Positions 24,931 through 37,468 of a stretch of 64,000 bases of DNA are shown in pieces. Position numbers and translations under genes: made by a program. Numbering within the stretch: the first letter of the stretch is position 1; every line of letters begins with the position of its first letter. The notes below the pieces were generated by a model, which worked only from the letters and a program-made list of their open reading frames with translations, was not told where the DNA came from and did no database searches. Source of the DNA: an uncultured Clostridia bacterium (lineage in GTDB: Bacteria > Bacillota > Clostridia > UMGS1883); assembly GCA_934454525.1 (NCBI GenBank), contig CAKSFM010000001.1, positions 109,502 through 173,501 of the forward strand. The letters run 5' to 3'.

Positions 24931-25052
24931 ATATTTTACCTCCTTAGGATTACATTACATAATAACGTGCAAGAGATATTTTAACAGATAACACGGTAAA
25001 ATGCAAGCTTTTTTTTAATTTTTTTAAAAAAAATCGAATAAATTGCCTATTT

Positions 25053-25544
25053 TTAATATCCAAGCATATTCCCCAGGCTGTCATCGTCATCTATCCAATC
25101 ACGCTGAACATCAATCACGGTATATTTATCCTTGGAGTTTCTGATAATAACCTTATCAATACCGGAGTTAATCACAAGCCTTTTGCACATTGAGCAGCTT
25201 GTGGCATTTTCAACGTACTCACCTGTTTCCATATCCCGTCCTGCAAGATAAAGCGTTGCGCCGATCATATCGCGCCGCGATGCACTGATTATAGCGTTTG
25301 CTTCGCTGTGAACGCTGCGGCAAAGTTCATAACGCTCTCCGCGCGGAATATTAAGCTGCTGACGGCGGCAAAAGCCGAGATCAATGCAGTTCTTCCTGTT
25401 TCGCGGCGCACCTGTATAGCCTGTTGATATAATCTCATCATTTTTTACAATAATTGAGCCGTAGTTCCTCCGCAGACATGTTCCGCGCTCCAAAACGGTC
25501 GATGCAATGTCAAGATAATAATTATGTTTGTCGCGTCTGTCCAT
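25053..25544 (-). CDS. dCMP deaminase (cytidine/deoxycytidylate deaminase family, ComEB-like)
   Basis: Zinc motifs 'HSEANAI' and 'CSMCKR'. Confidence 0.8.
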   Translation of the reverse strand: MDRRDKHNYYLDIASTVLERGTCLRRNYGSIIVKNDEIISTGYTGAPRNRKNCIDLGFCRRQQLNIPRGERYELCRSVHSEANAIISASRRDMIGATLYLAGRDMETGEYVENATSCSMCKRLVINSGIDKVIIRNSKDKYTVIDVQRDWIDDDDSLGNMLGY

Positions 25545-25637
25545 AATAAAAGCTCCTTTCCGTGCTGCAGTTACTATAGATTTTATCCTAAAACAGCCGT
25601 TTTGTCAATAAAAATCGGCATTTTATGCGTTAATATT

Positions 25638-26288
25638 CTATTTTCCGGTCACCTTCGTTAAATAAGTGTTCGGTACTGAGCCGACAATCAGTGTTTGCGC
25701 AATCGGCATCCCCGAATTGATATGCAGCGTACTGCTTGCCATCGGAATGAGCACCTCCATATCCACCGTGACAGTCAGATTCACAGTATGAATCGTTTGA
25801 TTTATTCCGGCTTCTTCAAAGGTATGCGAAATATCCGCATTTGTAACGGAAATCGGAACAAAGCGCACCGAAATGCTCGGCCCTATCCCGGCAAGGAGAT
25901 CCAGTCCGAAAACACTGCTCAGGGGGATTTTTCGTTTAACGCGCGAAATTTTGTCAAGCTCATCTCCGATTGAGATGCCAAGGTCGTTTGTGAAACGGTT
26001 AATCAGCGTACTGTTCGATGAAACGGAGGTCACCTTGCCGTCCTTATCCCTTGAAATCAGAACGATTTTATCATAACTGAAAAATTCCTCCAGCATGACT
26101 TTTTTCACCTCATCGTCAACAACCTGCGAAACAACGTTTTTTGCATATGCCTGCGACACGCGGATAATCGCCGGGCGCAGAGATACCGAAAAAACATATA
26201 AAAAAGCCGTTATCATCGCTGTTATTGCCGAAAGAATCATAATAGCGCCGAGTTTATTCCGGCGTGATTTTCTTTTCATAAACATCAC
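25638..26288 (-). CDS. yunB: Sporulation protein YunB-like
   Basis: N-terminal TM helix followed by a conserved YunB-like domain; size and composition fit. This is a motif-recall call only. Confidence 0.5.
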   Translation of the reverse strand: MMFMKRKSRRNKLGAIMILSAITAMITAFLYVFSVSLRPAIIRVSQAYAKNVVSQVVDDEVKKVMLEEFFSYDKIVLISRDKDGKVTSVSSNSTLINRFTNDLGISIGDELDKISRVKRKIPLSSVFGLDLLAGIGPSISVRFVPISVTNADISHTFEEAGINQTIHTVNLTVTVDMEVLIPMASSTLHINSGMPIAQTLIVGSVPNTYLTKVTGK

Positions 26289-26385
26289 CTGTCATTATAA
26301 TTTATGCGGTGCCTGAATTTTTAGTGCTGTTACTATTGAATTGATTGAATTAATGTGCTATACTTACAGTTAGGCAGGTGATAAA

Positions 26386-27324
26386 ATGGAAAAACAGCAG
26401 CATATGACAAGCATCGGCGGCAGCGCCGTTATGGAGGGCGTTATGATGCGCGGACCGAAAGAAATTGCAACCGCAGTCCGCAAGCCCGACGGAGAAATAG
26501 AAATCGATAAAAGAGCTGTCAGCTCGCTTGTTACAAAGTATCATGTGAATAAAATCCCGGTTATCCGCGGAGTGTTCGCATTTTTTGACTCGATGATTTG
26601 CAGCATCCGCTCACTTATGTGGAGTGCGGAGTTTTTTGACACTGAGGATGACAGCAGCAAGGAATCGAAGTTTGACAAGTGGCTTGATGACAAGTTCGGA
26701 GACAAGGTTAAGGACATTGTGATTTACTTTTCGGTTTTTGTTTCACTTATTTTTTCAATCGGACTTTTCTTCCTCCTTCCGAACCTTGTTGTCGGATTCG
26801 CGGGAAAATACATCCACGGAAATGCGGTAAAATCACTTCTTGAGGGCGTTATAAGAATTGCAATTTTCCTCGGATATATTTTGCTCGTTTCGCAGATGGA
26901 GGACATAAAAAGAGTGTTCCAGTATCACGGAGCGGAGCATAAGACAATTTTCTGCTATGAAGCGGGACTTCCGCTGACGGTTGAAAATGCGCGCACAATG
27001 CCAAGGCTTCATCCGCGCTGCGGAACAAGCTTTCTTGTGTTCGTTATGGTAATAAGCATTGTTTTATTTTCATTTATTTCGTGGGATAATATGCTTACGC
27101 GCCTCGGGTTGAGGCTTCTGCTTCTTCCCGTTGTTGCCGGACTGAGTTATGAGATTATCCGCTGGGCGGGCAGAAGTCAGAATATTATTGTGCGCATTAT
27201 AAGCAAGCCGGGGATGTGGATTCAGAAAATCACCACGCGTGAGCCTGACGACAGCCAGCTTGAGGTTGCAATCGCATCAATGGAGGCAGTTATTACGGGG
27301 AATAAAGAGGATGACAAATGGTAA
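26386..27324 (+). CDS. DUF1385 (YqhQ-like) membrane-associated protein, co-transcribed with prmC
   Basis: 'IGGSAVMEGVMMRGP...YHGAEHKTIFCYEAG'. It overlaps the prmC start (ATGGTAA). Confidence 0.75.
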   Translation: MEKQQHMTSIGGSAVMEGVMMRGPKEIATAVRKPDGEIEIDKRAVSSLVTKYHVNKIPVIRGVFAFFDSMICSIRSLMWSAEFFDTEDDSSKESKFDKWLDDKFGDKVKDIVIYFSVFVSLIFSIGLFFLLPNLVVGFAGKYIHGNAVKSLLEGVIRIAIFLGYILLVSQMEDIKRVFQYHGAEHKTIFCYEAGLPLTVENARTMPRLHPRCGTSFLVFVMVISIVLFSFISWDNMLTRLGLRLLLLPVVAGLSYEIIRWAGRSQNIIVRIISKPGMWIQKITTREPDDSQLEVAIASMEAVITGNKEDDKW

Positions 27325-28160
27325 ACGAAATTCTCCGCAGCGCCGCGGCACAGCTGACGGATTCGGACGAGCCGCTGCTTGACGCGCGTGTGCTTCTGGC
27401 GCATGCCGCCGGTATGCGCGATTCCGCACTTCTGTTCCGTGATTTAACCGAGAGCGAAAAAAAAACGTTTGACGGCTATATTGCACTCCGGAAAAAGGGA
27501 ATACCCGTTGCCTATATATTAAAGGAAAAGGAATTTATGGGTCTTTCGTTTTATGTGGATGAAAGCACACTTATTCCCCGGCCGGACACAGAGTGTCTTG
27601 TTGAAAAAGTGCTTGAGCTGAACATAAATAAGCCGCGTATTCTTGATATATGCACGGGGAGCGGCTGCATCGGGATCAGTCTTGCATATATGGCTGAGGA
27701 TTCCGAAGCGCTTTTGACAGACATTTCTGACGGTGCGCTTAAAGCCGCCGAGATTAACATTGAGCGGCATAATCTTAAAAGCCGCGTTTCGGCACAAAAA
27801 CTGGACGTGCTGACGGAGGAATTTCCGGCAGGCTTTAATATCATTGCGTCAAATCCGCCATATATCCCCACAGATATTGCAAGCTCTCTCGACGTGAGCA
27901 AAAGCGAGCCGTTTCTTGCTCTTGACGGCGGCGCGGACGGACTTAAGTTCTATCGTGAAATAATAAAAAAAAGCGCTGCCGTGCTCCCTGCGGACGGGGT
28001 GCTTGCGCTTGAAATCGGGTTTGACCAGGGAAAAAGCGTGAAAGCGCTTGCACTCGAATATTTCCCTTATGCCGATGTTTTTTGTGATTATGCGGCAAAT
28101 GACCGCGTTGTGATATGCCGGCGCTGCGATATCGGCATAAAAAAGGGCGAAAATGTTTGA
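27318..28160 (+). CDS. prmC: Release-factor glutamine N5-methyltransferase PrmC (HemK)
   Basis: 'NPPYIP' motif and SAM-binding 'LDICTGSGCIG'. Confidence 0.9.
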   Translation: MVNEILRSAAAQLTDSDEPLLDARVLLAHAAGMRDSALLFRDLTESEKKTFDGYIALRKKGIPVAYILKEKEFMGLSFYVDESTLIPRPDTECLVEKVLELNINKPRILDICTGSGCIGISLAYMAEDSEALLTDISDGALKAAEINIERHNLKSRVSAQKLDVLTEEFPAGFNIIASNPPYIPTDIASSLDVSKSEPFLALDGGADGLKFYREIIKKSAAVLPADGVLALEIGFDQGKSVKALALEYFPYADVFCDYAANDRVVICRRCDIGIKKGENV

Positions 28161-28167
28161 AAAAAGT

Positions 28168-28196
28168 ATTGCATTTTCAAAAATGTTATGCTATAA
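28168..28196 (+). promoter_or_regulatory. Sigma-A promoter TTGCAT-17-TATAAT for rpmE
   Basis: Boxes at 28168-28173 and 28191-28196. Confidence 0.6.
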
Positions 28197-28259
28197 TGGG
28201 TAGTGCTTGATTGATGTTAATTATTTTTTATTTATTTTTCTCAGAAAGAGGTGAATTCC

Positions 28260-28463
28260 ATGAGAGAAGGTATACATCCGAATTACAAGCAGACCGTTAT
28301 CAAATGTGCCTGCGGAAACGTGATTGAAACCGGTTCTACGAAAGAGAATATCAACGTAGAAATTTGTTCAAAATGTCATCCTTTCTTTACAGGTAAGCAG
28401 AAGCTTGTTGATACAGGCGGACGTGTTGAAAAGTTCAGAAAGAAGTTCAATATGGACAAGTAA
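28260..28463 (+). CDS. rpmE: 50S ribosomal protein L31
   Basis: '[27 protein letters not shown]...[13 protein letters not shown]'. RBS AAAGAGGTG. Confidence 0.95.
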   Translation: MREGIHPNYKQTVIKCACGNVIETGSTKENINVEICSKCHPFFTGKQKLVDTGGRVEKFRKKFNMDK

Positions 28464-28472
28464 TTCAGAGAG

Positions 28473-28499
28473 GAGCAGCAATAAGCGCTGCTCTTTTTG
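28473..28499 (+). terminator. Intrinsic terminator after rpmE
   Basis: 'gagcagcaataagcgctgctc ttttt'. Confidence 0.8.
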
Positions 28500-28504
28500 T
28501 ATAA

Positions 28505-29686
<1,182 letters not shown>

Positions 29687-29720
29687 TTATCATTTTTATT
29701 AATTTTGGTTATCTTTAACG

Positions 29721-29749
29721 TTGACAATCGTCACTGCGCAACTTATAAT
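29721..29749 (+). promoter_or_regulatory. Consensus sigma-A promoter TTGACA-17-TATAAT
   Basis: Boxes at 29721-29726 and 29744-29749. Confidence 0.65.
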
Positions 29750-29791
29750 AAAATCATCGGATTTAATAAACACCTGAAAGGAGCTGTTTGT

Positions 29792-30028
29792 ATGATACAA
29801 CGTAAATTGGACGAGCTTGGAAGAGTTCTTATTCCGGAGGAAATGACGCGCCGGCTTGGCATATCTCCGAAAACCATGCTCAATATTCACCTTGACGGCG
29901 AAAAAATTGTAATTGAAAAGGCCGGAGACAGCTGCCTTTTCTGCGGAGATTCGGAAAATGTTATTGACGGATTCCATGTGTGCCGCAGCTGTGCACAAAA
30001 GGTTGCGGACGTTTTAAAGCTCGTTTAA
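29792..30028 (+). CDS. AbrB/SpoVT-family transition-state-regulator-like DNA-binding protein with a Cys-rich C-terminus
   Basis: 'MIQRKLDELGRVLIPEEMTRRLGISPKTMLNIHLDGEKIVIEK' is a swapped-hairpin AbrB-N domain. The C-terminus carries 'CLFCG...CRSC'. Confidence 0.7.
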   Translation: MIQRKLDELGRVLIPEEMTRRLGISPKTMLNIHLDGEKIVIEKAGDSCLFCGDSENVIDGFHVCRSCAQKVADVLKLV

Positions 30029-30042
30029 TTGCCGGCAAACAA

Positions 30043-30729
30043 CTACATAGCATAGACCGTCAGTGAAGCGTTCTTGTCGCACACGGCAAGAAAAACCTCG
30101 CCGGGGGTTTTATACCCCTGTGCTTTAAGCATACTGAGAAGCCAGTCTGAGCTGCGCCCCACCGCGCGCAGCGCCGGCATATTTATCACGCCGTCGGTCA
30201 CAACGGGAACGGCAATTGATTGCTGCTGCGGACTGAGATTCATGTCCTGCGGAGTGAGCGGACGGTTTTTCTCAACAGGCATGAAGCTTACTGCACCGTT
30301 TGATTCCATAATTGCAGTGTCGATTTCATTTATATTATAATATCCGGCAAGGCGCGCGCACATAAGGAACTCGTTCAAATCAAAGCGCGATTTTTTGAAC
30401 GAGTTGCGGATAATCTGTCCGTTGCGCATCAGTATCACAGGTGTTCCGGTGAGGAAACGGCGCATCTTCAGACTTTTTTGCGCTGCAAGAGAGATCAGCA
30501 CCGCCATGACGGCATAAACCGCCATTGCCACAATTCCGCGCAGCATGCTTCTGTCAAGATTAGTTGCCATTTCCGCCGCAATTGAGCCGATTGTTATGCC
30601 GATTATATAATCGAAAAGGCTCATCTGGGAAATCTGTTTTTCGCCCATAATTTTCGTGAGAAAGAAAAGTACAACTGCGGAAGAAACGGAATAACCGATA
30701 ACTTTAATAATCATAAAAAATCCCTCCAC
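30043..30729 (-). CDS. DUF421 (YetF-like) membrane protein
   Basis: Two N-terminal TM helices plus a conserved C-domain. Confidence 0.6.
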   Translation of the reverse strand: MEGFFMIIKVIGYSVSSAVVLFFLTKIMGEKQISQMSLFDYIIGITIGSIAAEMATNLDRSMLRGIVAMAVYAVMAVLISLAAQKSLKMRRFLTGTPVILMRNGQIIRNSFKKSRFDLNEFLMCARLAGYYNINEIDTAIMESNGAVSFMPVEKNRPLTPQDMNLSPQQQSIAVPVVTDGVINMPALRAVGRSSDWLLSMLKAQGYKTPGEVFLAVCDKNASLTVYAM

Positions 30730-30797
30730 AGCGGATTGTAACCGCTATGGAGGGATTTTAAACATATACTGCCGAAAAATCGCCTCATACTATATTT

Positions 30798-32183
30798 TTA
30801 TTCCGTGAGACTTTCCACAATTTTCGGGAAGTCCATGAAATGAGAAGCCTTGACCAGTATAACATCGTCCTGCAAGAGAACCGAGCTGCAGCTTTCAAGG
30901 AATTCTTCCTTTGTTTCAAAATAAAGGCAGTTTCCGCCGTTTTGCAGGCAACCCTCATACATATTTTCCGAAAGCGCACCGATTGCAACAAGCAGACCAA
31001 CGCCGCATTTTGCAGCATGCTCACCCACATGGCGGTGCAGCATCGGCGCTTCTTCACCAAGCTCACCCATATCTCCAAGAATACATACCGTGCGCTTGGC
31101 ATTACATTTGGTAAGCAAATCAATTCCCGATTCCATCGACTGCGGCGCTGCGTTGTAGCAGTCATCAATAACGGTATATTTTTCGGTACGGATAACATTC
31201 ACTCTTCCGCTGATGGTTTTTGCGGCTGCAACACCTTCAACAAGCTGTTCTTTCGGGATTCCCAGCCAGCTTCCGGCAGCCATGGCTGCCATTGCGGCAA
31301 ACAAAATATGACGCCCCGGAACGCTCACCCGGCATTCAAGCTGTTCGCCGAACAGATTCACGGTGAAATCCGTTCCGTTAAAGCCATGCTCGCAGAAAGA
31401 TTCTATGTTAACATCATTATTTTTACCGAAACCGTAAAAACACATATTATTGCGCTGCGCGGTGCGGAGCAGGTCATCATCACCATTTAAAATACAGCGC
31501 GCCGTCGGAGGCATATATTCAAATATTTCGCTTTTCGCCTCAAAAATATTCTCACGCGAACCGAAATTTTCGATATGCGATACACCGATGTTTGTCATTA
31601 TACACATCGTTGGTCTTGCGACAGATGACAAGAGCCGCATCTCGCCGTAATGATTCATGCCCATTTCTATAACGGCAATTTCTGCGTCGGCATGAATGGA
31701 CAAAATTGTGAGCGGCACACCGAGTCCGTTATTATAATTCCCCTCGGTTTTCACAACTCTGTATCTTTGAGAGAGAACGGAGGCAACTACCTCCTTGGTT
31801 GTTGTTTTTCCAACGCTGCCGGTAATCCCGACAATCGTTATATTAAGCATAGCACGATATGCGCGCGCAATATCCTGGAGCGCTTTTACAACATCACTGA
31901 CAACAATGCAGTTATAGCCGTCATACGCTCTTTCACAAACGCAGCAAAGTGCGCCTTTTTCGGCGGCGGACGGAATGTAATTGTAGCCGTCCGTGTTCTC
32001 GCCCCTGATTGCAAAGAAAGCGCTTCCGTGCACAGCCTTGCGGCTGTTGATAACTGCGGAGGTTATCTCCGTATCAAGCACGGCTTCATCGCCGATAAAG
32101 CTGCCCTCTGCCGCCGCAGTCATTGCGCGGACGGTCAGTCCTTTAAGTGTTTTGTATCCATTTTCCATTGCGTTCTCCTCCAT
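30798..32183 (-). CDS. murF: UDP-N-acetylmuramoyl-tripeptide--D-alanyl-D-alanine ligase
   Basis: 'ITGSVGKTTTKE' P-loop, Mur ligase architecture. Confidence 0.9.
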   Translation of the reverse strand: MEENAMENGYKTLKGLTVRAMTAAAEGSFIGDEAVLDTEITSAVINSRKAVHGSAFFAIRGENTDGYNYIPSAAEKGALCCVCERAYDGYNCIVVSDVVKALQDIARAYRAMLNITIVGITGSVGKTTTKEVVASVLSQRYRVVKTEGNYNNGLGVPLTILSIHADAEIAVIEMGMNHYGEMRLLSSVARPTMCIMTNIGVSHIENFGSRENIFEAKSEIFEYMPPTARCILNGDDDLLRTAQRNNMCFYGFGKNNDVNIESFCEHGFNGTDFTVNLFGEQLECRVSVPGRHILFAAMAAMAAGSWLGIPKEQLVEGVAAAKTISGRVNVIRTEKYTVIDDCYNAAPQSMESGIDLLTKCNAKRTVCILGDMGELGEEAPMLHRHVGEHAAKCGVGLLVAIGALSENMYEGCLQNGGNCLYFETKEEFLESCSSVLLQDDVILVKASHFMDFPKIVESLTE

Positions 32184-32206
32184 CTGAAGAAAATATCAAA
32201 GAACCG

Positions 32207-33241
32207 TTATCTTCTGAGCGAAATATTTATAATCTCCTCGCACAGCTCACCGTAGCTTATGCCGACAGCCGCCGCAGACTGGGGGATGAGGCTTGTCGGG
32301 GTCATGCCGGGCAGTGTGTTTGCTTCAAGGCAGTATGCGTCACCCTTTGAATCAAGAATAAAGTCCATTCTTGCATATCCGAAAAGGCCGAGCGCGTTAA
32401 ACGCTTTAAGCGCCGATTCGCCGAGCATCTTTTCTGTTTCAGCCGGAATCTCCGCCGGGCAGATTTCAACCGTCATTCCTGCCTGATACTTATTTTTGTA
32501 GTCATAAAAGCCTTCTTTCGGAATTATCTCAATGGACGGAAGCACACGGTCACCGAGCACCGTTACGGTAAGCTCACGGCCGCTCACATACTGCTCGACC
32601 AAAATTTCATCCTCATATGCAAAAGCTTCCGCAAGCGCCTTATGAAGCTCCGCCGCTCCGTGTACAATTGAAACGCCGATTGACGAACCGCCGCTGCAAG
32701 GCTTGATTACAAGCGGATATCCGCCGAGAGCGTCCGCATCAACCGTTTCTCCCCTTTTTATCATCTTTCCGGCAGGGGTTTTAACGCCTGCGGAAAGGAA
32801 AAGCTGCTTTGTGAGATTTTTGTGCATTGCGCAGGCGCTTGCAAGATAGCCGCAGCCCGTATATTTAATCCCGAGGAGGTCAAACGCCGCCTGAAGCCTG
32901 CCATTCTCTCCGTTTTCACCATGAAGCGCAAGAAAAGCAATATCCGCTTTTTTGCACAGCTCGATTATATTTTCGCCGAAAAACACATTCGGATCGCCCC
33001 CGCGGCTCTTTTTAACAGCCTCGATATCGGGAACTGTTTCGCTGATTTTCTCAACAGCAGCCGGGGTTACAGCCTTTTCAAATTCTTCCTCAATGCTTCC
33101 GCTGAGCTTATATCCCATAAAGACATCCGCCAAAATTGCATGATGCCCGCTTTCAATTAATGCGTTCTGCACCTTTGCGCCCGTTGTTAATGAAACGTTG
33201 CGCTCCGAGCTGATGCCGCCCGCCAAAACAACTATGTTCAT
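32207..33241 (-). CDS. ddl: D-alanine--D-alanine ligase
   Basis: ATP-grasp fold, 344 aa, adjacent to murF. Confidence 0.9.
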   Translation of the reverse strand: MNIVVLAGGISSERNVSLTTGAKVQNALIESGHHAILADVFMGYKLSGSIEEEFEKAVTPAAVEKISETVPDIEAVKKSRGGDPNVFFGENIIELCKKADIAFLALHGENGENGRLQAAFDLLGIKYTGCGYLASACAMHKNLTKQLFLSAGVKTPAGKMIKRGETVDADALGGYPLVIKPCSGGSSIGVSIVHGAAELHKALAEAFAYEDEILVEQYVSGRELTVTVLGDRVLPSIEIIPKEGFYDYKNKYQAGMTVEICPAEIPAETEKMLGESALKAFNALGLFGYARMDFILDSKGDAYCLEANTLPGMTPTSLIPQSAAAVGISYGELCEEIINISLRR

Positions 33242-33282
33242 GACAATCTCCGTTCTGCCGCAGCTGCTGCGGCTGATTTATA

Positions 33283-34500
33283 TTATTGCGGTTCTAAAAC
33301 AAAGACCGCTTTTTTTTCCGATTCAAATATTTTTCTTGCCGCCTGCATAACATCCTGTGCGGTTACGCTTTCAATGCGGCGGATTATTTCACTGTCGGTT
33401 CGTATGCTTCCGCGGAGAAGCTGCGCTTTTCCGTTTCCGATCATAACACTGTTTACGCTTTCCTGACTCATTATTATACTGCAGCGAAGCTGCGCACGCG
33501 TTTTTTCTAACTCGTATGACGAAACCTCAGTTGTGCAGAGTCTTTCCGCTTCCTCACTGATTACTTTTTCCGCCTCGGGGAGCGAATCCGGCTTCAGTCC
33601 GGCATATATACCGAGCATTCCGACAGTCGGGAATTTTGCAGTGTATGAATATATGCTGTAGCACAGTCCGCGGTTTTCGCGCACCGACTGAAACAATCTG
33701 CCCGACATACTGCCGCCGAAAATCTCGTTAAGGACCCCCTCTGCATAGATTTCGTCGCTTCCGTCAGTGAAAGCGGAATAGCCGATCGAAAGATGCGTTT
33801 GCTCAATCTCCTTTTTTCGCTGCCATCTCCCGCCGTGCATCTGAGCTTTCGGAACGGGAATTATTTCCGAACCGGCGGTTTTTCCGAAATATTTTCCGCA
33901 AAGCCTGACAAGTTCGCCTTCGTCAAAGCAGCCGGCAACTGAAATAACAGTGTTTGCAGGCGTGTAGTGACGGCGCATATATGAAAGCATTTGACTGCGC
34001 GTCAGTCCGGAAACAATTTCGGCGCTGCCGGCAACCTGATACCCGAGCGGACTGCCTTTCCACATATGTTCGCACAGCGAGTCAAGGGCAACATCCTCCG
34101 GTGAATCCTCATACATATTTATTTCTTCAATGATAACGCCGCGTTCAAGCTCAATATCATCGATCCTGAAAAGCGAATTGTAATACATATCGCTCAGCAA
34201 ATCAAGCGATATTTCAAGACTTTCGGGAAGCGCCTTTGTATAATAACAGGTACATTCCCTTGCGGTATATGCGTTCATCTGACCGCCCACAAAGTCCATT
34301 TCCTCCGCAAGACGCGCTGCGTTTCTTCTTTCCGTTCCTTTAAAAAGCATATGCTCGATAAAATGGCTTATTCCGTTTTCCTCCGCCGATTCGAACATAC
34401 TGCCGGCGCGAACCCATATCCCGACGCTGACCGTCCTGGCAAACGGCATTTGTTCATATACAAGACAAGTTCCGTTGTCAAGGTTAAACTTTTTATACAT
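33283..34500 (-). CDS. M16-family (insulinase-like) zinc peptidase
   Basis: Inverted zinc motif 'HFIEHMLFKGT'. Confidence 0.85.
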   Translation of the reverse strand: MYKKFNLDNGTCLVYEQMPFARTVSVGIWVRAGSMFESAEENGISHFIEHMLFKGTERRNAARLAEEMDFVGGQMNAYTARECTCYYTKALPESLEISLDLLSDMYYNSLFRIDDIELERGVIIEEINMYEDSPEDVALDSLCEHMWKGSPLGYQVAGSAEIVSGLTRSQMLSYMRRHYTPANTVISVAGCFDEGELVRLCGKYFGKTAGSEIIPVPKAQMHGGRWQRKKEIEQTHLSIGYSAFTDGSDEIYAEGVLNEIFGGSMSGRLFQSVRENRGLCYSIYSYTAKFPTVGMLGIYAGLKPDSLPEAEKVISEEAERLCTTEVSSYELEKTRAQLRCSIIMSQESVNSVMIGNGKAQLLRGSIRTDSEIIRRIESVTAQDVMQAARKIFESEKKAVFVLEPQ

Positions 34501-34579
34501 CTGATCTCCTTATAAGGTATAAGCTAAGCCGCACCGCAGTGAAGCTTAACTGCAATGCGGCTCTCTTTATGCCCGTATA

Positions 34580-36679
34580 TTATTCCTCTTCCGGGGTTTG
34601 CTTCGGAAGCGCATCCCTGCGCGAGAAGTTGTAGCGGCCCATGCGGTCAACCTCTATAAGCTTAACCTTAATCTGATCGCCGACATTTACAACATCCGTC
34701 ACTTTTTCAACGCGCTTGTTGTCGAGCTTGCTTATATGCACAAGTCCCTCCTTGCCGGGAAGATATTCAACAAATGCACCGAAATCCATAATTCTTGTTA
34801 CAGTTGCGTCAAAGACATCGCCGATTTCGATATCGCCGGCAATTCCGCGCACAATCTTAAGTGCGCGCTGCGCTGCTTCGGAATCGCTTGTTGCAAAGAA
34901 AACTGTTCCGTCATCCTCAATATCAATCTTAACACCCGTTTCCGCAACAATTCTCTGAATTGTTTTTCCGCCGCTGCCGATAACTTCGCGAATCTTGTCG
35001 GGGTCAATCGTTGTTGAAATAATCTTTGGAGCATACTTATTAAGCTCTGCGCGCGGCTCGGAAATGCACGGAAGCATGCACTCGTCAAGAATCTTAAAGC
35101 GCGCTTTCTTTGTTTTCTCAAGAGCCTCACGGATTATTTCAGGTGCTAATCCGTCAATCTTTATATCAACCTGAATTGCTGTGATACCTTTCTTTGTTCC
35201 GGCAACCTTAAAGTCCATATCGCCGAAGAAGTCCTCAAGACCCTGAATATCAACCATTGTTATATAACGGTCACCCTCTGTTACAAGACCGCACGAAATG
35301 CCGGCAACCGGCGCTTTAATCGGAACGCCTGCGTCCATAAGCGCAAGTGTGCTTCCGCAGATGCTGCCCTGCGAGGTTGAGCCGTTTGAGCTGAGAACCT
35401 CGGAAACCATGCGGATTGTATACGGAAAATCTTCCGTTGACGGAATTACGGGAACAAGCGCCTTTTCAGCAAGTGCGCCGTGACCGATTTCACGTCTGCC
35501 CGGGCCGCGGCTTGCCCTTGTTTCTCCAACAGAGTATGACGGGAAGTTATAGTGATGAATGTAACGCTTCGTTTCCTCCTCATCTATTCCGTCAAGCAGC
35601 TGTTCCTCGGAAACCGTGCCGAGTGTGCAGACTGTAAGAACCTGCGTCTGTCCTCTTGTGAAAAGACCGCTGCCGTGCGTTCTGGGAAGAATACCGACCT
35701 CTGCCGAAAGCGGGCGGATATCATCAAGCTGTCTTCCGTCAACACGCTTGCCGTCATCAAGAATCCAGCGGCGGACAACATATTTCTGGAGCTTGTAGAG
35801 CGCCTCATCAATAGCGGCTTCCATTTCGGGATATTTTTCCGCAAGCTCGCCGTAAACATATTCATAAACCGTTTTGAGATTTTCCTCACGGATATTTTTA
35901 TCATCAGTGTCAAGAGCTTCGCGCACTTTATCAATTGCAACAGCCTTAACATCTTCGTAAAGTTCCTCCGGAACAACCATGTGCTCATATTCAAATTTCG
36001 GCTTGCCGATTTCTTTCTGTATACCCTCGATAAACTCGCAAATCTTTGCAATTTCGCGGTGGGCAGCCATGATTCCCTCGAACATCAGGTCTTCGGGAAC
36101 TTCCTTTGCACCTGCTTCAATCATGTTAACCTTTGCCTTTGTTCCGGCAATTGTCAGGAACATTTCGCTCTTTTCGCGCTGTTCCTTTGTGGGGTTAACA
36201 ACAACCTTGCCGTCAACCAGACCGACAGTTGCACCGGCGATCGGACCTGCAAACGGGATGGACGAAATGCTGATAGCAATTGAAGCGCCGATCATCGCCG
36301 TGATAACCGGGTCGTTATCCTGCTCAACGCTCATAACGGTTGCAACAACCGCAACATCATTTCTTAAATCTTTCGGGAAAAGCGGACGAATCGGGCGGTC
36401 AATGCAGCGCGAAGCCAAAATTGCCTTTTCGCTCGGGCGGCCTTCTCTTTTCAAAAACGAGCCGGGAATTTTTCCGACTGAGTAGAGCTTTTCCTCATAA
36501 TCAACCGCGAGAGGGAAGAAATCAATTCCGTCACGCGGCTTTGCCGAAGCCGTTGCCGTTGCGTGAACAACTGTTTCACCATAGCGCACAAGGCAGCTGC
36601 CGCCGGCAAGCTGAGCCATCTTTCCCGTTTCAACAACGAGCGGACGGCCGCAAAATTCTGTTTCAAATACTTTAAACAT
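34580..36679 (-). CDS. pnp: Polyribonucleotide nucleotidyltransferase (PNPase)
   Basis: Two RNase PH domains, KH, and S1 ('GKIIDFGAFV'-like '[21 protein letters not shown]'). Confidence 0.95.
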   Translation of the reverse strand: MFKVFETEFCGRPLVVETGKMAQLAGGSCLVRYGETVVHATATASAKPRDGIDFFPLAVDYEEKLYSVGKIPGSFLKREGRPSEKAILASRCIDRPIRPLFPKDLRNDVAVVATVMSVEQDNDPVITAMIGASIAISISSIPFAGPIAGATVGLVDGKVVVNPTKEQREKSEMFLTIAGTKAKVNMIEAGAKEVPEDLMFEGIMAAHREIAKICEFIEGIQKEIGKPKFEYEHMVVPEELYEDVKAVAIDKVREALDTDDKNIREENLKTVYEYVYGELAEKYPEMEAAIDEALYKLQKYVVRRWILDDGKRVDGRQLDDIRPLSAEVGILPRTHGSGLFTRGQTQVLTVCTLGTVSEEQLLDGIDEEETKRYIHHYNFPSYSVGETRASRGPGRREIGHGALAEKALVPVIPSTEDFPYTIRMVSEVLSSNGSTSQGSICGSTLALMDAGVPIKAPVAGISCGLVTEGDRYITMVDIQGLEDFFGDMDFKVAGTKKGITAIQVDIKIDGLAPEIIREALEKTKKARFKILDECMLPCISEPRAELNKYAPKIISTTIDPDKIREVIGSGGKTIQRIVAETGVKIDIEDDGTVFFATSDSEAAQRALKIVRGIAGDIEIGDVFDATVTRIMDFGAFVEYLPGKEGLVHISKLDNKRVEKVTDVVNVGDQIKVKLIEVDRMGRYNFSRRDALPKQTPEEE

Positions 36680-36813
36680 ACCTAACCTCCGTAAAATTTA
36701 TTTTTTCAGAGGGGGAAGTTGTTTATATCACTTAAGAAAAAAGCCATTTACAGCCAAATAAGCGTCTTTCTTAAGTGCTAAAACGACATTCCCCTCCGCT
36801 TTGCAGATAAACA

Positions 36814-36848
36814 GCGAAAAACGGAGCGCAGGGAAGCCCTGCACTCCG
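36814..36848 (-). terminator. Intrinsic terminator after rpsO (within the pnp leader)
   Basis: Minus strand reads 'cggagugcagggcuucccugcgcuccg uuuuu'. Confidence 0.75.
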
Positions 36849-36855
36849 GCATCGA

Positions 36856-37119
36856 TTACTTTCTCAGACCAAGCTTCTCAACTATTGCACGATAGCGGTT
36901 GATATCGATTTTCATAAGATAGTTAAGCAAACCGCGGCGCTTACCAACCATTTTAAGAAGACCTCTTCTCGAATGGTGATCCTTCTTAAACACCTTAAGA
37001 TGCTCGTTGAGGTGATTGATTCTCTCTGTGAGAATTGCAATCTGAACCTCGGGAGAACCCGTGTCACCCTCATGCAGCTTGTACTGTTCGATAATACCCT
37101 GTTTCTTTTCCTTAAGCAT
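36856..37119 (-). CDS. rpsO: 30S ribosomal protein S15
   Basis: 87 aa '[42 protein letters not shown]...'. RBS AAGGAGGA; the track's longer ORF overruns the start. Confidence 0.95.
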   Translation of the reverse strand: MLKEKKQGIIEQYKLHEGDTGSPEVQIAILTERINHLNEHLKVFKKDHHSRRGLLKMVGKRRGLLNYLMKIDINRYRAIVEKLGLRK

Positions 37120-37468
37120 TGAAAAATCCTCCTTAATGTTTATCGGTAAAACCTCCTCGCCGCCAAGCGCAGAGCCGGAGCAGCTGCTGTACATAGCAAC
37201 GGGATAATATACCATATGACATAATAACACAACGCGGACCGTTTGTCAACCGTTTATTTCAGAAAAAACGAACGTATTTTCCAAATTAATACTTTCCGCA
37301 AACAAACGGACTTTCGCCGGCGTATCGCAGTGAAGCGGCAATGCGCAGTACGAAGCCGTCATAATTGACAGAATGACAAACGCCGTAATACCATCCATTG
37401 CCGCTTCAAAAAGAAAAATGCACAATTTTTTTGTAACCGCCGCCGCGTTTTATAGCGAGATTCTGCGA